A stretch of 64,000 nt of DNA, taken from assembly GCA_051362555.1 (NCBI GenBank), contig CM120644.1, forward strand, positions 4,596,954-4,660,953. The letters run 5' to 3'. The notes below the pieces were generated by a model, which did not search any database, was not told the origin of the DNA, and saw only the letters and a list, made by a program, of their open reading frames with translations. Positions 29,201 to 38,709 of this stretch are shown here, in pieces (position 1 is the first letter of the stretch; each line of letters opens with the position of its first letter). The translations under genes and the position numbers were made by a program. This DNA is from Lingula anatina (taxonomy: Eukaryota; Animalia; Brachiopoda).

Positions 29201-32200
29201 GTCAGTATATGACTTCCTATTCAACTTCAATAGTAACTATGGACCTATCTCTGCCAGTTTTGGATATGAAAGGGAAGCAAAATTTGCAAAATTCAGTTCA
29301 TGGTGAAAAGAAGGTCAAAGGTTAATTTCAAGGTCACATTTAGATTGCCAGTGTATGACTTTCTATTCAAGTTCAATAGTAACTATGGACCTATCTCTGC
29401 CAGTTTTGGAGATAAAAGGGAAGCAAAATTTGGAAAGTTCAGTTCATGGTGAAAAGTAGGTCAAAGGTCAATTTCAAGGTCACATTTAGATTGCCAGTGT
29501 ATGACTTCCTATTCAAGTTCAATAGAAACTATGGACCTATCTCTGCCAGTTTTGGAGATAAAAGGGAAGCAAAATTTGCAAAGTTCAGTTCATGGTGAAA
29601 AGTTAGTCAAAGGTCAATTTCAAGGTCACATTTGGATTGCCAGTATATGACTTCCTATTAAAGGTCAATAGTAACTATGGACCTATCTCTGCCAGTTTTG
29701 GAGATAAAAGGGCAGCAAAATTTGCAAAGTTCAGTTCATGGTGAAAAGTAGGTCAAATGTCAATTTCAAGGTCACATTTGGATTGCCAGTATATGACTTC
29801 CTATTAAAGTTCAATAGTAACTATGGCCCTATCTCTGCCAGTTTTGGAGATAAAAGGGCAGCAAAATTTGCAGAGTTCAGTTCATGGTAAAAAGTAGGTC
29901 AAAGGTCAATTTCAAGGTCGCATTTAGATTGCCAGTATATGACTTCCTATTCAAAATCAATAGTAACTATGGACCTATCTCTGCCAGTTTTGGAGATAAA
30001 AGGGAAACAAAATTTGCAAAGGTTAGTTCATGGTGAAAAGTAGGTCAAAGGTCAATTTCAAGGTCACATTTAGATTGCCAGTATATGACTTCCTATTCAA
30101 GTCCAATAGTAACTATGGACCTATCTCTGCCAGTTTTGGATATGAAAGGGAAGCAAAATATGCAAAGTTTAGTTCATGGTGAAAAGTAGTCAGGCGGCTC
30201 AGTCCAAATTTTATCCAGAATTGTGCAAAAGATGATAACAGCATGAAATTTTCCACGATGAATGACCATTGGGTGTTTGTCAACCCCCTGATCCAAAATA
30301 GATGAACACCCAATGGTTATTCATCGGGGAAAGTTTCATGCTTTTATCATCTATTGCACAATTCTGGAAAAAATTTGGACTGAGCCACCTGACTATACCG
30401 TTCTGCACATTTTGCTTTCACCACCAATATGTAATTTTGATAGCGTAACTCGAAAACCGTTTGGAATACAAAAAAACGGAGACCACCTCCAGTGTTGGGC
30501 TTTACATGCTCTACAAAATGCAAAAAAGAATGGGTCTCTAGCATTAACGGTTCCCGAATTAGAGACAGTTTTCAGTTTCGGCATGTTATGGCCGTTACTC
30601 CAGTGAAAATGCACCGATTGACCCCAAATTCACGGAGATGAAAGATGACCTGAAGGGTAACACTTTCCAATAATATTATTGGTTAAATCTGTGTGGTGTC
30701 TGAATAACAGGGCAAAAAAATTTTTTTTCATAAAAAATATTATTTTTTTGAAAATTTTGGCCCGTTTGACCTTGAAGTAAAGGTCAAAGGTCAAATCCAA
30801 GGGCATATTTGAAATCTACACATATGACTTTTGGAAAGCCGTCTGTAGAAATTTTTCCCATAACCCCTTCCGTAGGGTAGATAATTAGCATTTAATTTTG
30901 CCATTTTTGGACAAGGGTGCATTGCAATGAGTGCCACACCCAGACCCCAATACCGGCAAAGCCCAAATTTTACGTGGAACGAGCTGAGATTATACGTAGG
31001 TGACCTAAATCCAAGAGATGGGTACGGGGGCTCTTACCGTCTAGGAGGAGAAGCGGTAACGGTAGCCGTCCGGCGGAGCTGGCGGAACGATCCGGACGAG
31101 ACCGAAACCACGTGTACCGCCAGCGCTAACGCTGGTGGTACAATTATTTAAGAGGACAAGCGCCACCCCTACAGTTAACAATATCCTGTCAGAAGAAGTA
31201 GATTAACATAATACCTGAGGCGTATTCAAGCAGTAATTCCACCATAGACTCTCTTTTGATCACTCCAAACAGTTTTAGTATATGTTTGTGATGTGCCTGT
31301 AGGAGGATAAGCACCTCATTTATAGAAAACCTTTCTTGATGAATCTACGGCATGTTGAAAATATTAAAAATTAAAATAGTCTGATATTTTATACTGAAAG
31401 CTCACTAATGCCCCTATTTCACACAGACCACGAATCCCACGAATTGCCAGGAATTGACAAATTTCAGGATTCGTGAGATTTTGCAAATTTTCTGGCCTAA
31501 TTTCGACAGGCTCTACGATTCAGTTACAAAACAGGTGCAATAGTGTTATGAATGTCCGTGGGATTCGGATGGAGTCGCACAAATATTGTCATAAATTCAC
31601 TATTATTTTTAAGGAATTGGGAATTTTGAACAGCTCAAAGTTTTTGCCACGAATTCCTGATGGTTCAAGAATTGCAAGAACAGACTACAATTCAACCACA
31701 AATCCTAAAATTTTCAATTTCTGGCGATTCATGGGATTCATGGTCTGTGTGAAATAGGGGCATAAGGATTCAATCATTTTTTTTCTTTTTAAAAATAGCA
31801 TTCTGTCAATATAGAATTGTACTTCATGTATATAAAATTGTAGTTAAAAAAGATTTTTATCCTAAAAACGAAACAAAAAGAATAACATGAGCCAAACATT
31901 CATCTCTAAATATTATTCACAAGCTTTCCATTAACCTCTTTTTGAACAATCAACCTCAATTAATAACATCAACAACTTTGAAAACTGACTTAAATAAAAT
32001 CAAAACATTGTACACCTTTTTGATGACAAAGTCCTGGCGTGTCAAAGAGTCCCAGCAATAGGAGACACGTCCAAATCCACCAGATGAGAGTTGACTGGCA
32101 TAGAAATGACCTCTGCTGCCATCTTTTGACAATTCCTGGTATTTACCATTCTTACAAATAAGATTCTGAAAGTGAAAAAGAACCTTATATCCTTGAAACA

Positions 32201-33986
32201 CCCCTGCTTTTTTATATAATATGTTATAGCATAATATTTTTAGTACAAATAAATTCATTTTTTAATATTAATAAAAAACAAAAATGTGTATTCTGTGGCT
32301 TAATGATTAAAAAAATCATGAGTTATTGACCAGACACAATTTATACAGTAAAATTATTATAAAAAATGCTATTTTCTATGCTTTGATATTAAAGCACTAA
32401 GAAGAAATTCTGGCTTTCCAAAAGATTGACCCCACTTACCTTCCACATCTATGTTAAACATGAAAGTTTTAACAGCAGATAAACCACAAACCACTCTAAA
32501 TTGTTATTTAAAAAAAAATTTTTCACCTTGTTGATAAGAACTCCAATTGTTCCATTTTTGCTCTTGAATTCTTCACTTTTCAGCACAGCAAGCAGCCCCT
32601 CTCCATTCCCTTGATTAATTCCACCACACTGCTGTTCACCTGCACCTTGACTAGCCGCAACAGCCACAAAGGACAAGGAGGCTGATGTGTCCTCTGCCAG
32701 TTCTTCCTCTGTATCATCTGGACTCTTCTTGTCAAGGGCACCTGCATCTGCTCCTTCTCCACTTTCATCTTGGGAAGAATTGGTAGAAATTTCCTATTAA
32801 CAATAAATGACACTGCATTTATAGACTACATTACATGTAGGTCCATATATCAATAAGACTTTTTTCTTTACAGTGAGAATGCTTTTGTTTTAAATAGTAA
32901 GAAAATTTTAAATAGTAAGAAAACATCATTTATCAATCCACTTTACTTAATCTGAAAATGGTTAAATACTCCTTTTAACATTATCATCCGTCATTTGTCT
33001 GCTAAAGGTTGGCATTTTACAATCTTGTATGTTATTTATAATAAATAATCTAAAAAAAATAAAATAAAACAACAGCTTTAAATAAGATAACTGATCACAT
33101 ACGACTGCTAAACATCTGTACTAGTAGACTTTTCTCCTGACTGAAAAACTGAAACTGGCACCTGTTTGTATTTCCTTTTCTTCCTTTGGGCTGCCTTTTT
33201 GTTAACGGTTAGTTTGCGTTTTTTGCATCTCTTGTTGCTGATGGGCCATTGATGGTTGGCATTATTTTCTGTCTTCTTTCTTGTTTGTTTGGTGGGAATA
33301 TCTGGTGGTCTTTTTGGCATTTGTTCATTTCCGGTGTTCTCTGACTGCTCTCTCTCGCTCTTGTCTTGGTACCCACTCTTCTCACAAGGGTGGTTGTTCA
33401 CCAAGTTAGGGCAGGTATTTTGTTCTTCTGCAAGTCCTCCTTGCTTCTCCGATCTTTCTTCCTTTTCTTCTTGTGGTTTCTTATTTTCCTCTTCATCCCT
33501 TTTATCTTTTTCCACGTGCATTGCATCCCCAACCAAAAATTTGCTGTTCTCCTGGACCATTTCCCAGTAGGCACCATGAACATCATTGTTGTTCGTGCTG
33601 CCATCTGACTTAGATAGATCAACATAATTCCCTAAATTGGTCTTTGCTGTCACCACTGTCATGACACGGTCACCAACTTGCTGAACATCAGGGGTAACAG
33701 GTGTCTTCAGACCATAATTTATTTCTTGAGAATTTTTTTCATCACATTGTGGTGGCAACAGTCCATCGACTATCTGGACAGGGTTTCTGCATGGAATGTT
33801 TGCGTTCAGTGGGTTAATCATGGTCAGCATGCTTGTCCCTGTGGTATCTTCAGTAGCAGAATTTATGTCCTGTTTCTCCTTTGGAAACTCTTTATCACCA
33901 TCTTTTGCTATAGCTCTTTCCTTCTCTAAACTTACAAGTACCCCCTGATAAGACATAGCAGTGGTTTCTTGTCTTACTGTAGACAT
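14288..33986 (-). CDS. MAP3K8 (Tpl2/COT)/MAP3K14 (NIK)-family Ser/Thr kinase, about 759 aa, 10 coding exons
   Basis: Exons (minus): 33986-33162, 32793-32527, 32165-32016, 31344-31215, 28310-28164, 20866-20780, 20620-20424, 15811-15643, 15071-14941, 14464-14288. All phases are compatible. Motifs: GVLINKNLICKNGKYQ (recalled as similar to the COT pre-kinase segment GILLNMVITPQNGRYQ), SSGGFGRV, FVIKK, HRDIKPSN, DFG, YLPPE, KMDIWAL, PGKRWSA. The 33162 donor and the last two exons are less certain. Confidence 0.85.
16159..20306. mobile_element. Array of Helentron/Helitron2-type non-autonomous elements (family A) in a kinase intron
   Basis: Left end AACAAGGCAGCAAAGCTGTCAAATGTACAGACA (about 16159 and 16390). 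Right end has (GACGGC)n plus hairpin ATGTACAGACACATCTGTGTCTGTACAT (ending 18580 and 20304). About 160-bp internal subrepeats contain TTTTCGAACTTGACC. Confidence 0.75.
21119..21386. mobile_element. PIF/Harbinger-like MITE
   Basis: TIR GAACCCATTCAGAA...TTCTGAATGGGTTC with TAA on both sides. Confidence 0.75.
21899..22148. mobile_element. Short Helentron-type element (family B)
   Basis: Starts ACTAGAAAAG with subterminal ACCTCCGCCAAGG. It ends with an (ACAA)n/(ACAG)n microsatellite and CCTTGGCAGAGGTAATAA, the inverted partner of the subterminal repeat. Confidence 0.7.
22356..28118. mobile_element. Further family A Helentron-type copies (tandem or partial)
   Basis: Left ends at about 22356 and 26096. 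Terminal hairpins end at about 24523, 25921 and 28117. The body is highly similar to 16390-18580. Confidence 0.75.
28730..30186. repeat. 146-bp tandem repeat, about 10 copies
   Basis: CTATGGACCTATCTCTGCCAG recurs at about 28946, 29091, 29237, 29383, 29529 ... 30113. Confidence 0.92.
30187..30395. mobile_element. Palindromic MITE (TAG...CTA ends) nested in the family C element
   Basis: TAGTCAGGCGGCTCAGTCCAAATTTT ... AAAATTTGGACTGAGCCACCTGACTA. The element is nearly a full foldback. Confidence 0.75.
31409..31762. mobile_element. PIF/Harbinger-like MITE
   Basis: TIR TGCCCCTATTTCACACAGACCA...TGGTCTGTGTGAAATAGGGGCA with TAA TSD. A second copy lies at 44805-45481. Confidence 0.85.
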
Positions 33987-34199
33987 TCTAGTTCATATAT
34001 ATGTATCTGCTCATACAACTGAAAAAAAAAATTTCTTCAGTAGAGATTATAGATTTCAAATGAATTGAGAGAGAGTGAGAGAGAAAGAGAGAGCATGTAA
34101 AATACAACATATAACATGAAATGTAGTAATTTAAATGGACTTTGCCTTCTAGTCTTCAGTAGTACATCTACATTTATCAAATTTAAACAAAAATAATTT

Positions 34200-34880
34200 G
34201 CTCGACGGCCTTTCGCGGGAAAAATCAAGCAAACCGTGCAATATTTGGAGAAAAACAGAATCACCTACCCTGAAAGCAGTAACGAATTGTTTAATTCAAC
34301 CTGAAGTGTGGATTGGACGTCAACAGCTTTTCGTTGAATGAGAAAATGGCTGAAGTTCTTCTTCAAAGGAATTTTTTCGGGTTGGACTGTATCAAACCAG
34401 GGGTTTGGAGTTTTCCAGAATACTGAGGGGAAGCCCCTGGCACACTGTCAAATTAAATATGGCCAGACAGAGCGACGTCTGGGACGAAATTAAAGTACTT
34501 CGAGAGAATATCACTCCGCCTCTCATTAAATGATCCAAATACCTTTAAGTTACTTGTCACTGGTGCCGGAAAGTTGAGGTAACAAATACCAGCTCTGTCC
34601 TCTGAATCAGGACAATACCAAGTTCACACCTCGTAAGGTCAGTGTATACCTTTTAAGGTAAATGAGATCCGGCCGCGCATAAAGTGATGACGTCATTTAA
34701 GACAGGTACATATAATGTAATTATACATTTTTATTCAATTATGTAGCTTAATTATCAAGGAACATTTCTTATTAAAAAAAAATGAAGATAATTAGAAATG
34801 ACAACCCGGGATTTTTTAAAATAAAAATTATTTGCGGAAATAGAAAGAAGGTTTATATCGATGGCAAACCCTTACCCTTT
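34200..34880. promoter_or_regulatory. Probable bidirectional promoter between the kinase and the TFPT-HMG gene
   Basis: Divergent start codons are about 900 bp apart. Motif matches: kB-like GGGGAAGCCCC (34427-34437) and GGAGTTTTCC (34407-34416), CRE TGACGTCA (34688-34695), E2F-like TTTCGCGGGAAAA (34211-34223). A minus-strand UTR donor near 34268 pairs with the acceptor at 34018. Confidence 0.5.
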
Positions 34881-34883
34881 ACC

Positions 34884-37800
34884 ATGGCTGAGGGAGAAGA
34901 ACATGACCCTGGGGCTTTTGAAGCAATGTTTCAGAGCTTTCTGCATCAAAGTTCATACGAAAAGAAATACTTCAGTTTAAAGAGAAAATGCGAGTACTTG
35001 CAGCAGGTAATTTTAACCCCGTAATTGTAACGGAGGGCCAAGAAGATGAAGGAAACGATACTCGGTGAGGGGGGAGGGGGGGGGGAGAGATTCCCAATTT
35101 GGTTAAAATCTTGAGACAAAGGGAAAGGGGTATAATGTACTGTAATCTACAGGTTCTCCCAATTTTCTTTGCTCATCTCAACTAAAACTCGAAGTAATAT
35201 TTTATTTGCATTACTCATGAATACTGTGATTTAAAATTATGTTTTGCATTTTGGTACTTTTGTAGTATACCCCCCACCCTGTAACTTCCTGAAACTTTCA
35301 TTTTTCAAACATTTTTTTACTTTGTCTTTTTCACCCATGTCAAAGCTGTTGAAATAAAATGTTTTTGTAATTACCTGTGGTCTTTTTATTTGTTTTAATC
35401 ACGTTTAATCCACCCCATTGAAATACAATGTGAAAATTTACAATGTACCTGCAGTCAATAACTTGCTGCGTTTTCGTTGGATAACTCTACCTTATTTTAT
35501 GTGAACATAGGATTGATACATTGTATACTTGGACTTCCTCTGTGAAATTATTATGAGCTACTTGTTCACATAAAATTACCTTAGAGTTAGCCAACGAAAA
35601 CACGGCAAGTTATTGACTGCTGGTGTAAATTGAAGATTCTAACATTGTATTTCAATGGGCTGGATTAAACGTGATTAAAACTAATGAAAAGTCCACAGGT
35701 AATTACAAAAGCATTTTATTTCAACAGCTTTGACATAGATGAACAAGAAAATGTAAAAAACTGTTTGAAAAGTGAAAGTTACAGAAAGTTACAGGGTGGG
35801 GGGGTATACTACAAAAGTACCTGCATTTTCACATAATTCTAATTGCCAACCCAGAGCACCTGCAATAACATAAATCCTGCAAGTCCATGACTGGTTGGAC
35901 AGCCAGTATTCCCATTGATCTCTGTCTTTTAAATTAAATTATATTAACTTCAAGTCTCCTGTTATATTTATCAGCAACCCTGTCATCATATATCAGTCAC
36001 TGTGTATTGTAGCGATTTGGGGGGGAGAAAACACCAAGGCTCGACCGGGACTTGAACCTGGGACTCTCGCAAACCGTGCGACCGGTCTTACCTACTGAGC
36101 TACTGAGCCCGGGACAATCCCGGTCAGCCACTACACTCCTCCCCCCAAATGCCGAAAGACGCAAGTCCAACTCCGTCACCGCTGCCACCATTGTAACGAT
36201 TTGGCAGGAGAAAACACCAAGGCTCGATCGGGACTCGAACCCAGGACTCTCGCGAACCGTGCGACTGCTCTTACCTACTGAGCTACCGAGCCCATGACAA
36301 TCCCGGCCAGCCACTACAGTATTATTATTTCTGGTATAAATGATTAAAATTACTTCATATTTATTTTTTTCATAGTTTAACGAAAAATTGGTAAATCGAA
36401 TTCAGCAAGTGAAGAAGATTCTTAAAAAGACAAAGAAAGAGAGAAGGTAGGTTTGCATATATGTCATAAAAACATTTGGAATTTAAGAAGTAAATACTTC
36501 TTAAATTAAGTTAACAGATCATTCTATAAAGAAAGTCACCTTGACAGAGGCCAATAAATTGACTAAACAGCAGGAAGAGAACTTATCTAAGGGATTAAAA
36601 TCCTCTGTCATGTAATTGAACCTCTCAAAGCATATGCTGCTAAGTTGTATGACTAATATGTAATGGTGCTGTGAAGAGCCGTTTACAGTATTGCCATCGA
36701 GGTTAAATAACTTGTTCAAATTCAATTCTGATTTGTTAGTAAATCGCTGTCTTTATCATAAAATAGAGCCATTATTTATAGATGCTGCCAAGCTTTAGAC
36801 TGATGTTTCTCTTCTTAGATTTATGATGGGAAAGCTTGATGAACATGGAGACAACTTCAGAGATGCCATGGTGCCAGCCATGTGGGAGGTGAGACTGCCT
36901 TGTTTATTTTCAATTCACATGTAAGGTCGCTGCAGGGGCCTTGCAAGTAATCATCAAAGCCATGATTTAAAGGGGAATACAAGTCTCTGGGGACCTAAAT
37001 TCAATAAAATCGGACCCCTCTTCTCTCTAGATCTGCCCATCATGTTTTACCCACTGTAAGTGTAAGACTCAGTTTGGAAGGTAAATAATTATCCAGTCAT
37101 AACGTCATTGCCTGAACTCTCTGAAATTGGCCTATGCATTACAATGTGACCTGTAATGCCCTTGCAGGGGTACAACATGTTTACCTCTGAAGACACACTG
37201 TTACTGCCTATGTGACTGTGTAGGTCACTTACATCAACAGAATAGAAATATCTCGGGAATTGAAGCGTATTATTCCATCATTTATAAGCATACGTTGTGC
37301 CTTTATCGTCCAAACGCCTGACTGTGAGGTAATACTATAAAAAACATACGTTTGCAAATAAATGCCGAAATAAGCCTTACAGTATTTTATTTCAATTTTT
37401 TAATACAGTTAGTCACTTTTAAATAATCGTTTAAAAATAGTCCAAGCGCTACTAGGAAGATATGTTTTACATAATCAGAATGCACAAAAGTCCAGGATAA
37501 TGTGTTTCATATTTTGGTATCGTTAAGTGTTTTATTTGTGAGGTAAACAAGTTGTACCCGTGCAGGTTCAGGCAATGACGTCACGACTGGATTTATAATT
37601 ACCTTCCAAAATTATGCTTACACTTACATTGGTTAAAACGTGATGGGTAGATCTAGAGAGAAGAGGTGGGTCGGAGTTTATTGAATTTAGGTCCCCAGAG
37701 ACTTGTATTCCCCTTTAATCCTTTAAAGGTAAAGGCCTGTGCAGAGGCAGAGAGATCATCAGGGGATTAAGCAGCATGCTTTAAAGTTGGATCAGCCATA

Positions 37801-38602
37801 TATATTCAGCAGGTCATCTGTTCTGAATGCTCTTGTAGTAATGACTTATCTCATTTTAGGAGGACCAGATCCTGGATGCCCTTGCCACCAAAAGGGAGAC
37901 CCCACTGCAGTCTCCAGTAGCAACCCCTGCCATGCTGACACCCTCTGGTGGTGTGAACATTCACCACACTCCCACTATAGCTGCCTACCACCCTTACTAT
38001 GCAGGTAACCATAGAAACCAAGAGACAGGCTGTTTGTTTGTTTGTTTTTCTGCATGTGTTAGGAGATGAATTTAATCTTGTGTTTAGCTGCTGCATCTCT
38101 CTACCACAGCTCACTTGGGTATTTGTTTTGGGGAATTATCAGTAAATATGTCTCCCCTACACAACATTATACTTTTTAGGTACTTACGTATTGTAACTGA
38201 TAATAACTATTGTAAACATTGATTGCCCTAAATTCAATTTTGCTTCGTGCCATGATAAGTTACTTATTTTAATATTTCGTAATGCATATATTTCAGTTAT
38301 ATACTGCTACTTAGAAATGAAAATTAGAGATATTTTTTAAGAATAACTTGAATTCATTATTAGTGATTTATTTTCATTCATAACTATATGTCTTTGGCCA
38401 GGGTTGAGTATGTCTGAAGGAATGCCCCAGGGGAAGGGAAAGAAGGTGAAGAGTGAGAAGGAGAAGGACCCCAATGCTCCTAAGAAACCTCTGAATGCTT
38501 ACATCATGTTCTGTAATGAGCACAGAGCTAAAGTGCAGGAGGCATATCAGAAGGTAGGGGGAGAGAGGGGGGGGGTATTTGTGAGAGAGAAAGAGAGGCC
38601 CA

Positions 38603-38636
<34 letters not shown>

Positions 38637-38649
38637 TGTTTTTGTATTG

Positions 38650-38709
<60 letters not shown>

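Larger units (their letters stand above)
28541..31146. mobile_element. Helentron-type element (family C) carrying an internal 146-bp satellite
   Basis: Starts AACTAGAGG. Subterminal ATTGTACCACCAGC (28577-28590) is the inverted match of terminal GCTGGTGGTACAAT (31131-31144), which is one arm of the hairpin TGTACCGCCAGC-GCTAAC-GCTGGTGGTACA. Confidence 0.75.

Noticed and set aside
33256-33929. Plus-strand ORFs overlapping the kinase exon
   Set aside because: These are antisense shadows of the low-complexity coding exon.
36030-36295. Two functional tRNA genes or tandem SINEs
   Set aside because: The anticodon arms are irregular, there is no oligo-T terminator or A-tail, and the TG..CA ends, PBS, PPT and TSD identify them as LTRs.
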